A DNA stretch of 64,000 bases from Eledone cirrhosa (taxonomy: Eukaryota): assembly GCA_964016885.1 (NCBI GenBank), contig OZ024742.1, positions 156,054,001 through 156,118,000 of the forward strand, read 5' to 3'. Of this stretch, positions 25,136 through 43,055 are shown piece after piece. Numbering within the stretch: the stretch's first letter is position 1; each line of letters starts with the position of its first letter. Below the pieces are notes generated by a model that was not told where the DNA came from, ran no database searches, and saw only the letters and a list, made by a program, of their open reading frames with translations. Position numbers and translations under genes: made by a program.

Positions 25136-27552
25136 TTAGTCCCAGAGTTGTCCAATTATGAACATTTCGTCTATAAATTTCATGCTTACTTTCTCAAGAA
25201 CTTCGTCGACCAATTTGTCCATTATTTTATCAGGTGGTGCTAAAGAGATTGCGTTGCTGTTCTTGCATTTTAAGTGACACTGCAATGATTCGTACCATTT
25301 ATGTTGTTGCCAAAATATCACAGCTACAATTATATTGGATATTTCACATTATGACTAGAAATAGATTAAACATTAAAATCAAAAAGGATAAGGTTCACAT
25401 TATACAGGTCGAAATCAGATAATAATTAATTTAATGGTGTAATATCACGCAAACATCTTTATAGTTACATTCTCTCATATAATAAGTTTTGATGTTATAA
25501 AATGAATCACGGAAATCAAATTGGGAATGGAAATGAATATAGTCGATTAATTGGTTATAAATATGATTAGAGGAAAATTGTAAACACTCATTAATTAATT
25601 ACAACGTTTAAAGGGAAGAACCTAATCACTGTATTGAAATTTAAGTGGTGCTACCTTATTTCTCTTTATGCGATTATATTTCATTTAGCTAAATTCTGAC
25701 TTCTGAATTCGGTACACTGTTACATATTTATAAGAAGGTGAGTTGCTAAGTAATTCAATCTCGGTATTTTCTCTGTACCTTTTTTATTTAATTTGGATAA
25801 ACGAGAGTCAAATTCGTCATTTTTCTCACCTGCTTTACTAATTTTGTCGCACAAAATATTTTTTATTTTAATTCGTTGGGTCAAGAACTAATGATTTCAA
25901 TGTTCTTCTCAACCGACGTTTTTTAACCAGCCCTACATTATATAAATAATTCTTACTATGCTATAAAGTTCAGTGATATTACCATATTTTCTCAATAAAT
26001 TACCACATACGAGAGATAAGTGTATGAATAAAAGTGGGGGATGAAATGGGTTTTCAGCGAAAGGAGAATGTTGGTATGACCGTGTAGTTAAGAATCTTGC
26101 TTTCCAAACACCATGTTCAAGGTTACACGCCATGGCATGGCACTTGCACATTGACTTTCTCTGCAGCCTCCTGTTCATCAATAACTTACGAGGAGAATAC
26201 AGTACACTAAAATTGTGTAAGAACGTGCGTGCATGTGTGTGTGTGTGTGTTTGTGTGCTTGTTTGCGTGTGTCTGTGTCCTCATTGTGTGTGTCAGTGTG
26301 TTTTGATTAATTATATAAAATGTGGTGCTGTGTCAAGACGCGAAAATAAATATACAGAAAATACATTTCGATAAAATAAGAATGAGGATGAAATAAGTCC
26401 AGGAATCAATAAAAACTGTAAACGTAGAGCTTCAGTGTGACGACAGAACAAGTATATAGAGCAAAGATTTAGAAAAGACAAAAAGGTGAAATGGAGTCAT
26501 ATTTTCTTGAAAACCCTTTCATTTGCCAGTCAGTATTTATTCTACAACAAATTGACTTTTCTTGTGATTTAGATCTGACCCATAAAAGCAAACAAATTGA
26601 TAAGATTTCTTGATGATAATTGAAATATTCGACCGTAAAGTCTTTCAGAATAATATACTTCATGTCGTCCTTAATTTTTCATTATAACAATACTTACCTA
26701 ATTAAATAGCCCAACTACGGTTTACATGTAATATTGTAAATACGTAATAGTGCGAAAACATTTAGTAAAATAAACAAACATATTAAGAACTTGGTGTTTA
26801 GTAGGTTAAATAAAAAACATTCTTCCATAACAATATATTGTTTACTCCAATTTTTGGTGTTTTAGAATAAGTGGTTTGTTATCATAGAAATCCTCTCTGG
26901 GTTGATAAAAAACGTACCAGTCTAGTACTGGCGTGGATTCTTCCTCTATATCTCTTTCTCATTCCTCTCTCTCACTTGCTATCTTTCTCTGGAAGAAATC
27001 TGTTGTACTCAGGCTTAAAATGCACAAGAAACAACGTATTTCAATAAGGCGACCATACAACTCTATCAGGCATTGCGGGATTATATATACACACATATCA
27101 TTGAAATGCGGGTTTGTATCAAAAGCTTAAAGGTTCAGAATAGTTCTTAGGTCAGCGTCGATCACAATTATCCTTAACCATTTAAAAGTTGTAAGGGCCG
27201 GTTAACAGTCGGTGTAGCTATGTAAACGTTTTGCAGTTGGGGTACCTATGTAAACGCCGGATAAGTCTCCAGATTCCAGTCACGTATCAAATGTCGATGT
27301 ATCATCAAAGGGTGTATTTCTGACAAAGATAAAAGTCAGAATAGTTAGAGAATTATAGTTTGCAACATGCAATATATACATCAAATGTTAATGCCAAGGA
27401 AGCCCTATGAAATTTGATAGTTAAATAACGGACGATTTATACTTTCTTTGTCTCTCACCCACTCATTGCAATTGAGAATTACGATTGCTATCACTTTTCA
27501 TCCTCGTCTACATGCCTGTGTTTCTTAATCTATCATTCCCAATGTACGCATA

Positions 27553-27955
<403 letters not shown>

Positions 27956-28186
27956 TTCAATGTACTTCACTTTGTATGTATGCAACAATATATAAGTATC
28001 ATCTTACTTTTCATTGCATGAGGATGCCTATATAAATTAATATATTAATATTTACGAGGAATGTATACATACATAAATTTATATTACATGTGTATCAGTA
28101 GTGCATGCATGCTTACATATGTTACATATGCATACATCTATAATATATCTATGAATGATTAATAATAATAAGAATGTATATATACA

Positions 28187-28250
<64 letters not shown>

Positions 28251-28281
28251 TACAAGTAGTGTATATATATATATATATATA

Positions 28282-28481
28282 GGAACAACTATGACCCACA
28301 CGGCAGAGCTCTAGCCGTTTTGAATGCTATTTCTGGATTCGCGTCCAGAAACATCCGTCGAAGATGCTTGAGCGTTGCCGTCGGGGTCATACGCGTTCCT
28401 ATTACCCACTCTACTAGCCTAAGTATTGAGTACATTTGTGCGTTATGGTCCTTCTTGCACCTTACCACAATTCCTACGTTA

Positions 28482-28526
<45 letters not shown>

Positions 28527-28915
28527 GCAGTTACCACACTGCGATCTATTGAGTCTCATCTCACGAACGACACGATCCGCCCCTCGAGTTCTTGCTTACA
28601 TCTCACTCACGTCGGACGTCTGTACCTTTCGCTCATGAAATCCACCCACCTTATGCTGACCAGGATTACCATGTTGCTCGTTTTTTTTCCTTTCTTTGGT
28701 TTGCTTTTATCCTTCTATGTTGTTCACTTGTACCGATCGCTTTACGCGATTTACTGGTCCCAATCACTCTTTTCAGTTATTGCTCGCACCAACCTGAGGT
28801 ATATGATTTTTAATGCGAGGAAATACCAATGATAGTTGGAAAATCACGGACGAAGGACTATTTTTATCATATGTAACCCATGTGCAACCACGCAGTAATC
28901 TTCTTTCTTCTCATG
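28282..28915 (+). mobile_element. Degenerate element related to the 636-bp repeat, possibly a GIY-YIG remnant plus pLTR
   Basis: The 3' part matches the tandem unit (TTGCTCGCACCAACC.GAGGTATATG..CATATGTAACCCAT). Weak ISGFASRNIRRRC..LRSIES peptide. (TA)n on both sides. Confidence 0.45.
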
Positions 28916-28923
28916 TTTATATA

Positions 28924-29017
<94 letters not shown>

Positions 29018-29685
29018 CAGCAAGATACGTCCATATATATTGGTACACATGTATGTTACGTGCATTTGTATGTAAAATTATAAGCTTGCACAGGTGAGAT
29101 GGAGATTGTAAGTGAGAGTGTTTGTGTGTGAGTATGTATGTAATTATGTATGTATGCATGTATGTGCGTTTGTATGTGTCTATACATCTATCTAAGTATG
29201 TATGTATGGATGTGTGTATGTATTTATGTATATATACATGAAAACATGTATGTGTGAGAGCACGACGTTCCGCAAAGATAGATATATAAATTGACTAAAT
29301 TCTTTGATATGTAAGATCATATTATGATATTAGAGAGTGGACGGTATGAGAACATATGAATAAAGTAAGTGTCCAAATTTGGCTGTATTTATTGCAGGTC
29401 TTTCTTCACCATTTGCTTAACATGTTCAACATCACCAACATTTTACACCAATACAAATTCTCCATAAAATGATGAAACCGGTAATAGACAATTATTAAAT
29501 ATCTAAATAAATAGATAAATAAATGGAATTGTTAATTAATAAATAAATTAACTAATACCTTAACACTTCACACAAAGTAAAATATTTTGTTTTAAGCTTT
29601 TCTCTTCTAGAAAAAAAGAGGAAAAAATTAAAAGGGAAAAAAACATATTTTTCTTCCTAATAATCGTCATTTTCTCCCTATTTTC

Positions 29686-30520
<835 letters not shown>

Positions 30521-31133
30521 TATATCTGTATTATTCTTCCAATTCAACCGATTAAACAAGTTAATTTGTTTGGCTTTTAGGTTAATTCTATTGAGCGATT
30601 AATCGCTTATGTTTATTTTAAAAACAACTCGGTAGAGAGCTTATTCCTTTTGTGCGGATTTTGCAAATTAGTGCAGTAACTACACATGCTGAATTTACGG
30701 GCCAAAATAGGGGTTTTCTCCCCTCAGAATCTCACATGTGCTTTCACAACCTGAGAGATTCCGGCGAAAAAAGAACAAAAACCCGTTGAGAAAGTGATGC
30801 CTTTTTCGATCATTATACCAAAAGCTTATTTTTATTTTTATAAGCAGACAGTATTATTGATTTACGTGTTGCAGAAACCCAAATTTCAGAGTATAAACAT
30901 CTTCCCGAGGATCCGGGTAACTATTTCAATCGTATCTCATTTTGTTTGACACGTTTAGCTTGTTCGCTTTTTTGGTTATGGTTGCTATGCCTTCTTAACC
31001 ATTGTCTCAGTGTATGAGCATTTTAATTCATGTTTATAGCTCTGCTATCCTCTTCATATGCATGGAGCGCTTGTCTGCACATTATTGAAGTTGCGTTTCG
31101 TTAATTTCTACTCGCCGAAATGCGATTCCCGCT

Positions 31134-31184
<51 letters not shown>

Positions 31185-31434
31185 CCATATATATATGAAA
31201 GGTACCAATAAAGTACGACGAAAAATGTGACTTTATGTCGTAAGACGAAAAGCGAAAATGAACGTATACCATAGAGTAACGAAAATCACAGAAATTTAAT
31301 TGAAAAGTGTATCTTACGCACACATGATTTCTTAAGATTATATTTACATTTAGATGACATGTTTTCAAATTGAATTATAGATTTTTTGATACGTGTATTC
31401 ATTTTTGTTTCTTAAACGAACCCACACACACACA

Positions 31435-31477
<43 letters not shown>

Positions 31478-31719
31478 ACACACACGCACACACACGCACA
31501 CACCTACACACACATACACATACACACACACGCACACACACACACGCACACAGAGAGAAAGGGGGGATTCACAGACTCACACTCACTCACATACACATAT
31601 CCTTCTGCACATGTATTTATATATGAATATACCTTTGCATAAGGATACATATATATATACATTGTGCATATTCATAAATATATACCTATATAAATATATA
31701 CAGAATTGAAAGTCATAGC

Positions 31720-33500
31720 TGCATCTAAAATTGAAGATCACATCAACACCACCTGGATGCATATTTGCAGCCTTAGACAACTCCTCAACAAATATAAACA
31801 AAAACATCACCGCCTGAGACAGCAGACTGCCAACCTTCTACCACCTGATTAAAACCCACAAAACCAGTGTTAATCTACATATTAAACCAATTTTCTCGAG
31901 TATATAAGGACCCCTCTATAAAATCTCCTGGTTCTTCTCTGAGATTCTCAAGCCTATACTTGCTACTTTTCCTCGACAACGGCTCCGCCGAAGTCATACA
32001 GGGATTTCATGAAACTTAAACCTAACCACATTAAACTCAACAGATATGACTTTATCCTGGACATTGTCCCCATCTACACGACATACCTGCTCACCCAGCG
32101 GTCAAACTAGTGACTGACTGCATCATTTGATGCATGTACAGACAAACATCAGCTTCACGTTCCACCACCACACATACAAACAAACAAAAGGCCTACCTAT
32201 GGAGTCCGGTATTTCAGGCCTTCTAGCCATCACCCATATGACCCAACTGGAATTTCGATTTTTCAACACCTGCCGTTCCTGTATTTTCTCCACTTCATGC
32301 ATAGATGATATACACATCCTCACATAATCCCGGGAAGAGGCGAGCATAATATCTACGACATTTTCAAACACAAATAGCTTCATACGATTTACCACAGTAC
32401 ATCCCGATCAAAAAAAGGCCCCTTGACTCTGCTAGACTTCCTGCTTTGAGTAAAGAAGAAGGTGCTATATACAATAACTTCAATTGGAAAGCTGCCAGCA
32501 GAGACCTGTTTGTGCATGATAGGTCAGTCCTTCATCTTCGTGCTAAAACCAGATACATAAGAAATGAATTTACGCGTATCCCGAATAAATGTAGCAAAAC
32601 AGAGGACCAGATCACTCCCACAGCACACTTCATAGATGTATTGAAGACGAACGGATACCCAACATCCACAGTGAATCAACTTAAGAATCGAACTCGCCGA
32701 AGTCATAAGACGTCCTCTAAAACCTGCTTAATGAAATTACCATATTTCAGCGAAAGCATAACCGCCTTTCACTGCGTGGATATCTGTCCAAAAAGCAATC
32801 CAGTGACAACAACAATCAATGCTTACTGACTAACTGCCCTATCAGCGATACAGATATGTGCCAGCGGACTCATGTGGTATACCGGACTGAATGCAACACG
32901 TATAAGGAGTTCTACATTGGTAGCACGGCTCGAGCACTCCACACTCGCATTAAAGAACACCTCAACACACGCATCCTCATTCAAAAAAACACGTTAACAA
33001 ATGTAGAAACATCGCCGAACATACTACCGTTACTATTAAAGCCAGTGATAGAAATGTGGTTAATTTAAGAATTAAGGGAGTCTTGCTCGTATGTAGACTC
33101 AACCCGTAAATAAATAACATATTAGAACTCAGCACGCAACACTTAACATAAAAAGGGCACACATACTAAACATCTCATACGAAATGAACATTGATTTTGT
33201 GAAATACTATATTGGCAATAGACGTCATTCTGGTGAAGAGCGAAATAACTATAAAAAAAAAAAAAGCTTGAAAACGATTGAGAACAAATTTGAATCAAAA
33301 TAAAAGTGAGGAAATTGGAACATTATCCACTGAAGTTTGCTTAAACCCCGAAGAAGGGACTTTTGGGTTCCGAAATATTGGACAGAAAAAAAGAACGACA
33401 AAACACAAAACAAATATTACCAGGTAACTTACTTTTCGTTACCTCAACTTACATGCCATTTTGCGTTGTTTAGCCTTTTATCTCTTTCAAAGTTATACAT
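31720..33500 (+). mobile_element. Highly degenerate Penelope-like element (RT, GIY-YIG and 3' UTR)
   Basis: LPTFYHLIKTHK, YKQTKGLPMESGISGLLA, CIDDI and CQRTHVVYRTECNTYKEFYIGSTARALHTRIKEH. HHR-like CCGAAGA..GAAATATT at 33346-33381. Confidence 0.88.
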
Positions 33501-34091
33501 ACATACATTTTATTAAAGCTGAATAGTGAGTTTTGTTGCTCTTGTATTTTGCCTGTTTATGAGAGGTGAACCAGGCAACTTCTCGACTGTTGACTTTGTG
33601 ATAAACAGGCGAAACTTCAGAGTGACAAGACTTCCTATTCAGCCTTACTAAAATAATTATTAAAACACTACTTCTTCATTGAGTTCACCTTTCTCTCAGA
33701 CGTCAAACACAAAAGTATATGTATATATGGAAAGGGGGCGTGCTGGGAAGCTGGGACAGGCTGCATGTTCGCTCAACACAGGCCCCAGGTGACCTATGCA
33801 CTCGTTTTTGTTGGTTATCAAAACGCATAAACATAAGATGGTGTAGGACAGAACAAAGGAGAGACACGCAATGTGTGATGAGGTCACATAATGTGTGAAG
33901 AAAGCTATTTGACATATATAAACAACCATCCGGTTGTTGAACCAACCAGCCGGAAATTTGTAATAAATTGAAGTGAAAACCATCAGGGGCGTGTGTTTTT
34001 ACTGGCAGCATGTCCCTCTGAAAATATAGCAATTTATGTTTCAACTCACGCTTTCAGATAAGAAATCTCGCAAAACAAATTCAAGATTAAT

Positions 34092-35257
<1,166 letters not shown>

Positions 35258-35504
35258 CTACACCTCTCTTTCTATACACAAGGGTTCATTTTTCCAGTCT
35301 TCTTCTGAACAAGGAAGATAAAAAACACTTGCCTCAACACTTAATTCTAAATCTTTTACTTTTAGATTTTAATTCTTTTTAATTATAATACACAACATTT
35401 GATAGGATGAATTTTACTAATACATTGAAACCGGTTATACTTTGTATACTTTATATACATTATAACACTTTTTAAAAAAAGAATAGTCCTTCACATCATT
35501 TCAA

Positions 35505-35622
35505 TAATTGTTTCTACTTTGTGCACAAGGCCAGCAATTGTCCAGTACATTACTGGTACTTTATTTTATCGGCCCCGTAAGGATGAAAGGCAAAGTTAAC
35601 CTCGGCGGGATTTGAACTCAGA
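35505..35622 (-). mobile_element. SINE family A
   Basis: ACTGGTACTTTATTTTATCGGCCCCGTAAGGATGAAAGGCAAAGTTAACCTCGGCGGGATTTGAACTC. Confidence 0.85.
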
Positions 35623-35877
35623 AATAATGTCAGTTTGATGAATCAAAGAAAGGGAAAAAAAGAAAAACAGACCCTTAAATATATTTTCCGTGCTATTTCC
35701 AATTTCGCCTTCTCTCTCTCCCCACCTCTCTCTCAACACACACATACACACACACACATATATATATATATATATGTATACATATTTGGGAGTGGGTGAG
35801 TCACGGGTTCAATCGAGGTAACCACAGTAAGTAAGGTCCCCAATACATTGGTAGATTATAAATATCATGTCTAATAT

Positions 35878-36805
35878 ATGATTCTTTATTAGCCACAGGG
35901 GTACAAAAGAAGGGGACAAACACAAAGGGGGAAGTTTACATACGATAGAAACGTGTAAAATATTATCACAAATGTAATTTTAAAATTAGTCGATTTTCCC
36001 CAGCAGGGGGAGACATTTCATATGGGTAACACATACCCCCGAAAAAAAATGTGCAACCCTCATCTCCAGTAGTACGAAGTGTTTTACTCCTTTCCTCTCC
36101 TCCTCTTTTCCCCAACATACAGGCTGATATAGAGAGAAGGCCCATTCACTCGGGCCATTCTCGCCACTTTCACCCACCTTTTATAAAACTTGCTGGGGTA
36201 CAGCACCTCTCTCTCCATCCTGATTCTTCTTCCAAAGTGGTATTTGAAAAAAAGAATGAGTTGTTGGCCAGAGAGAAAGGTGTATGACCTCAGCCCTTTC
36301 AACAGTGTCCACCGCATAACCTCTTTCGCCATAGCTATTACGCCTCTCCTTCGTTTTTGAAGGAGGGTGGCGGTTTGATCATGACAATGGACTCGGTGGT
36401 CAACCGGATTGGTCCCACCCGCGACAATAGTCGTTCTACATAGCCCCACAGGTCGGTGACGCGCGGGCAGTGTATGATGCGTGCGCGACGGTTTCTTCGT
36501 CTCGCACGCACCTCGGACAGATCTTTTTTGCAGGGTCCCTGCCCGGGTGCCCATGTCTGTAGAGCTTGTCTCGAACTGGTAGAGCTCCTCAGTAGCACTG
36601 CCAGGCCAGGGACTTTTGGAAGTTGTCCATCGGTCCCGGGCGGAAGGTCCTACCGACTAGACTGGCTTGTTCGTCTTCCTCTACGCCCAGAGTTTCACCG
36701 AGTACGTCGTCGCACTTGCTGCGGATCAACCCTCTATAGAACGACGAAGTGGAGTCTCCACTGATCGCCGGGTCCGCCTGCCAGAGGGCTGTGAGCGCCT
36801 GAGCA
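35878..36805 (-). mobile_element. Tx1/L1-like LINE 3' remnant
   Basis: MDNFQKSLAWQC..LPVRDKLYRHG..HCPRVTDLWGYVERLL (C-terminal Zn-finger region). The 3' end reads GTGGCTAATAAAGAAT. Confidence 0.7.
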
Positions 36806-37301
36806 CATTCGAGTGTAATATAGAAATGACTTCAACAAGACTAGAATTGTTTGTTTCAAAAGAAATCATCAGGATTTAGTTTGAATAAAACAGCTCTAGT
36901 CCTGTAGAAGCCATTTCTAGATTAAACATGATACAATATATACATAAATGTAATATGTGTTAACATTCGACTCGTCTGCAATTATGAAAACAGGCCTCAC
37001 TTTTAAAGCCATGTCAGTAGAATGAACCATTCATCCTTGCTCTTGTGTTGGCATGTAAACCGAACTGCAGACACTAATGTTTCTGGGTATCCCCCTTCAT
37101 CAGTACAGCTCACTATTCATCTGCCAACTGTCTTCTATTGACATTGCTTTAAAAATTGAGGCTTGTTTGCATAATTGCAAACGAATCAATGTTTATTAAT
37201 ATTAGAAAAACTCAGATTACATTTATTGTATTCAGTCATGTAGAGCGAAAACACTTTTTTAACACACACACACACACACATATATGTGGGGAGGGGGAGA
37301 T

Positions 37302-37304
<3 letters not shown>

Positions 37305-37362
<58 letters not shown>

Positions 37363-37363
37363 T

Positions 37364-37424
<61 letters not shown>
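37305..37424. repeat. (GA)n microsatellite
   Basis: Seen directly. Confidence 0.98.
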
Positions 37425-37429
<5 letters not shown>

Positions 37430-38444
37430 TGTAATTGGAAATAGCACAGAAAATATATTTAAGGGTTTGCTTTTCTTTATTCTACTTTCATCAAAGTGAC
37501 ATTATTGTAAAGATGAGAGGGACACTATATATGAATCCAAAAGTAGCTGGTGAAACTGCAAGAACTCTGTCATCAGGCCATGGCACTTTCTAATATAGTC
37601 ACACTGTAGTATCCCAATATCAAGTACTCTACTATCAATGGTCTTATTAAGTTAATAGTGTTTAAATCCTTATACATATATAAATATATATAGGAGGAAA
37701 TGATGTTAATCTAGTTAAGGGTGTTAATTGGCTTTTTTTTTATTTACGACTGAGCTTTGTGCATATATCACTGTAGTAGTTGTGGCGTTGATGGTGTTTA
37801 TTTTTTTTTATTTCGCTTATCTCTGAGGTGTTGAAAGCGCAGTGAAACTTGTCATTAACTTCTGTAGTTCTGTGAACTCCAGATGACATTGGAACACTCC
37901 TGCTGTTGTTGTCATTGACATTATTGCCACCTGTCACTGTGTTGTTATTTGAGATGGGGGTCGGTGAGGATGTTATTGGTGTCGTTGTTGACGCTTCTTG
38001 ATGCTACTGCTATTCATTATGGTTGTAGTGGTAGTGGGGTTCATAGCGATGTTTTCCTTTACATTGTTAATCTGACTGGCTTTGAAATACCTTATACTAT
38101 TTTGTTTTGTAAAGAAAAAATTATCAGTTTACTTGGCTTTGAAAAATATATATATCGCCCCCAACGGTTATCGGCATTTTAACTCATGAAGGAAAGGATT
38201 GATACATTCACTAACCTTGCCAAAGCAACCAAACAAATACACATTCCAACAGATCACGCTGCTGGTAACAAGCAACTACAACGGAGCGAACTGTCAATCA
38301 AAACTCATATCACATATAACGGCCCCAGGCCAACTGTTTATATCTAGAATATGATACTACTACATCTACAACAAGTGTTTCTTCTACTACTACTACTACT
38401 ACTACTACTACTATGACGAAGACGACGACGACGAAGTATTTATA

Positions 38445-39050
38445 GCTGCTCTCTGTCTGACATGTGACGCTAAACTCCGCCAGGTGCAGACTGCGCATCA
38501 GCATGACATATTTCTCTCCATAAACTTCGATCACCAGCAGCAGATTTTAAAGAGCAAAGATCAAGTCCAAACCATAAGTTGACATTATCAAGCCATTGTT
38601 TTGGCCTCTGCTTCTCTTAACAACCAACCTTCCTTCCAGGCATAACTTACTCACACCACGAGTTGATCATTCTATATGACCGTATAGTTTGAGTATTTGA
38701 CAATTGATGTAATTGGTCTAAGTTTGGTAATGTTGAGCAGCTCACTGATACTAACTAATACGGTCGTTGAGACGCTTGCCAGTCATATGTCTCATGATGT
38801 GGTTACGGAATGTAGAGCGCTTCTGAAGTGACCTTGTCGTCCAATTAATACACTCAAGATCATATAACACAACTGGTAGGATGTAAGCATCAAATGATTG
38901 GAAACTATTTTTGATGTTAGTACCCCCTTGTTCTTGTTGAAAGTTGCCCAACCTAGAGCAATGCGATACTGCGCAGCAACTATTCCAGTGTTCTTTGATG
39001 ATAGTTTGTGACCGATGTATACAAACTCCGTAACTTGTTCTATATAACAT
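38445..39050 (-). mobile_element. RTE-like LINE 3' remnant flanked by (CTA)n
   Basis: IEQVTEFVYIGHKL..RIALGWATF..AYILPVVLY..E..W..MRHMTG..DRI. Confidence 0.8.
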
Positions 39051-39051
39051 G

Positions 39052-39135
39052 ATACTACTACTTTCACAACAAGTGTTAATACTACTACGACTACGACTAC
39101 TACTACTACTACTACTACTACTACTGCTGCTGCCG

Positions 39136-39186
<51 letters not shown>

Positions 39187-39280
39187 TTACTACAACGACG
39201 ACGACAACCACTCTTACTACAACTACTACTACTACTACTACTGATGATGATGATGATGCTACTGCTGCTGCTGCTACTAT
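39052..39280. repeat. (CTA)n-type trinucleotide tract
   Basis: Seen directly. Confidence 0.97.
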
Positions 39281-39494
39281 GACAATGGTTTCTGATTCAT
39301 GCATAATGCCAACAATTTGGATAGGGGAATGCTCATTCAATCGACACCAGTGTGTTACAGAAACTTTATTTTAACGACCCCTTAAGGATAAAATGCAAGT
39401 TAATATCGCAGAACGTAAATGGACTTAACTATATGCCGTAAAATATGTTGTCCTATGCTCTACCGATACTGTCATTCGTCAATACTAATAATGA

Positions 39495-40600
39495 TATATT
39501 TCTTAGCCACATAATTCTTATATTAAGAGCAAATTAAAGACGGCACAGGACTTTACAAATGTGGGTTTTTTTTGTCTAAATAATGTTATAACAAAAACTT
39601 ATCTAACATTTAAAAAAATCAAACATAACACATTTCCCCCAAAGTGGGGAGATATCCATACCTCACTCATGGAGAAAGCCTACAATAAGCCACTGTAACC
39701 TTTTTATGCTATGGCAAGTGCCTTCTCTCAGTGTTATCTTCCAATTTGCTGGTGCATACTGAGAGCAAGCTCATTCACTCGGATTAAGCTCACCTCTCTT
39801 ACCCACATTTCAAAAGATTGGCTGGTAGGCAACACTTCTCTCGCAACTCTGAGTTTTCTCTTTAGGTGCAACCTAAACAAATTCACGATGGGCTCACATT
39901 AAGTAAATGTTAAAGACTACACAATTGGTTCAAGACGGCTCAGGACGATACAAAGTTTTAACAAAAACATGTAAAAATTCAAACGAAATACATTTCCAAA
40001 TAGGGTCTTACGATGTTCACACATGGAGAAATCTCACAAAATTCCATGATTCCCTTGCCTACTAGTGCAAGTGCCCCCTCCCAGTTGTGCTCGAATCTAT
40101 AGGCGCATACTCAAACAAGTCCAATTAGTTCGGGCCTTGCTCATCTCTCTCTCACCCACCTTTCATCAAACTGGTTGGAAAGCAGTACTTCCCTCTCCAC
40201 TCTGATTTTCCTATTTAAGTGAAATATGAATAAGATATTTAAAGCTTCGCCAAAGAGGAAAGTGCTTATATTCAACATTTCCAGACGCGTCTACCACAAT
40301 ACCTCTTTTGTCATGGCCACCATGCTTATAAAATCTACTTGCCCTTCCCGACTAGAGGAAGGCGGCCCAGCAATCTTCATGGATGATTCAACTAATATAA
40401 AAAAATGGCTACCTTGTGTTCACACACGGTAGTTTATTTGGTAGTACAGTTTTGTCCAAATTTGGACACGTACACCGATCGTGGTCGGCTAAAAACACTC
40501 TCATCAATGTTCGCAATGGTCACACATATCTTCTCTTGCGGGATGAACCCTTAAAGCCCGGTCCAATTTTTCTTTTCTCTTCTTCAACACTTCGAAGTTT
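39495..40600 (-). mobile_element. Two tandem degenerate Tx1/L1-like 3' remnants
   Basis: ~39540-39905 and ~39935-40225 are similar to each other and to 35878-36300 and 48925-49330. Confidence 0.5.
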
Positions 40601-41529
40601 CAAATTTATAATTTTGAGGAGAAAGTGGCAGTCACATAGATCAAGTTATTCACAGCACTAGAAATTGAAGCAGTGCAGCAGCTAAACCATGCAGATCCCT
40701 CAACCAAGGCCAGTCTGATAATAACAACAACACAATTCAAAATCAGCAACAATAATTGGAACGATAAAGGCAATTTGCCAATCCCTTTTTCTGCTGCAGT
40801 ATTCTCTTTAAGAAAATTCTCAAAATGTTCTGCTATGTTTCATTCAACAACACATTTAACAGAATCTTGCTCGTTTTAGTCTCTGTTTTCTTATGTTGTT
40901 CCCTATTCTCTGTGATTTCTTTGCTGTTCTCAGTTTTCTCAATTCTTTCTATTTCCTCTATTTCAATATGTGACAATTATACTCTTTTTTGTATGCGTCT
41001 TGTCAGGATAATTAGTTGTGCTTCAGTTGCGAAGTGAAAAACACCTATCTCATTTCTGATAGTAACCATTATTTTTCTGTATATCCTTATTTCCGCCCTC
41101 TTTCGCATGTAGCACTTCATTACAATCTTGTTGTTTTATTTTGTCTATTCGACGTTCTTCCCTTCAGCAGTCTTATTAAGATGACCAAGTCCACCATACT
41201 GAGCAATGGAATATCTGCCGGGCGAGAAGACTTTAACCTCATGTTCCAGCCCGAATTAGGCCGTTTTCTACATTCAATGTGTTTGACATTTTCACGCATT
41301 TCAGTTATTGTGGTTTAATGGTCTTATATTTTGTTATTTTATGCTGACACTATTACTAGATAGATTGTTTACCATGTCTTAAGGATCCTTTATCTACTCT
41401 CATCTAGAGAAAACTACATCTCGAGTGAAGTCTCAAACTGGTATTTACGATGTTTCCCGTGGTTTCAGATCAGGCATTCCGTCTCTTAAAAGAATGCCGA
41501 ACGAGCTGATGGACCTTCACTCTCAGGGA

Positions 41530-42900
41530 ACCTACTGTACTTACAAATGTTGCAATCGGATACAGTATAGGGATCAACGTCAATCGTTTATTGTATATTG
41601 AAGATTTAACATTATACACTAGTATTACACATTATACACTCGTAATGTAGAAGAGCCAAAAACCTTTGTGTAAACAGTTAGAATCATTTTTGAATGCATT
41701 GAGATGGTGCTTGTCATTTCAAAGTGTGCACTGGTAAAGGTGAAGCGGTGAAAGCCGGTAAGGTATGATGGAATCGAACTACCAAACTGTGAAAGTATCA
41801 AGTCCCTGGAAACAGACGAAGCATATAAATATCTAGGTGTGCTACAAAGCAATAAATGAAAAAGCACCCCCCCCCCCCCAATGAATGAAAGAATTTGTCA
41901 GAAAACAGAACTTTCGAAGGCTGTGGACGATCCTCAAGTCTAATTTGAATATTGAAAATACTGTGCAGGTAATAATCACCAGAACTGTTTCAATAATTAG
42001 GTACGTTGCAGATATAGTAGAATTGACAAAGTACAGTGGAGAGACATTGATCGGTAAAGAAGCAAAATATCCACTCCCTATAGCAGTATGCGCCTACACG
42101 GTGATGCAGACAGTCTGTATTGGAAAGGAAAGGAGTGAAGTAGGGTATTGCTTGGAGTACAGTATTGTGTGAAAGTAGAAGCAAGTGGAATGTCCTTCTA
42201 AAAGAAAAGGTATTTTCTATTCCTTAAGGAAAAAAGAAACGTGTGTGATAGCAAATGGTTAAGGAAAGGCGACATTAAGAAAGAAACGGAAGGATTTATA
42301 TTAGCAGCTGAAAATTAAGCCTTAAGAACAAGATCGGTAATGAAATATATTGACAAGCTAAATGCCACAATTTGGGAAGAAAGCAAAGAAAGCTTCCAAT
42401 ATCGTTTCAGATTGTAAGATCTCAGACCAGAATGATTATGAAAAAAAGGACACACATGATAAGGTGGCTTGTGTAAAAAGTATGGCTATCCATGTACAGA
42501 AAACAAATCTATAAACGTGGTATCACAAATACCACCACCACAACCACTACTGCACCACCATCACCACTACCACCACCACTACACCTACTTCCGTCACCAC
42601 TACCACTACCAGCACACTACCACTACCACTTCCACCATCACCTCTGCCACCACTTCTGTGAATTCCTAATTCAGACCCAGGTGAAGATTGAACACAACAA
42701 ACCAGATATAGTTGTAATTGAGAAGAAGTAAAGAAAATGAACCCTTATAGATGTAGTGTGTCTCTTTGACACCAGAATTGAACGAAATTGAATGAATTGA
42801 ACCTCACCAGAAGTCATGCCTACTGGGAACGGCCTGAATACTGATAAAGGCTTTGGACTACCAGTTGTAGTGAAACGACAAGAAATATAAAACAGTTGGC
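41530..42900 (+). mobile_element. R4/Dong-like non-LTR retrotransposon remnant (RT C-terminus plus restriction-like endonuclease)
   Basis: GIELP..IKSLETDEAYKYLGVLQ, WLRKGDIKKETEGFILAA, HDKVA, IEHNKPDIVVIEK, LIDV and QKSCLLGTA. Confidence 0.8.
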
Positions 42901-42972
42901 GTTACCTTAGGTTTACTAGTTGTAGCCTGATATTCCCGATATGCCCAAAGAAGCATCAAAAGGGTTTGTGAT

Positions 42973-42973
<1 letters not shown>

Positions 42974-43021
<48 letters not shown>

Positions 43022-43022
43022 T

Positions 43023-43054
<32 letters not shown>
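42974..43054. repeat. (TAG)n
   Basis: Seen directly. Confidence 0.97.
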
Positions 43055-43055
<1 letters not shown>
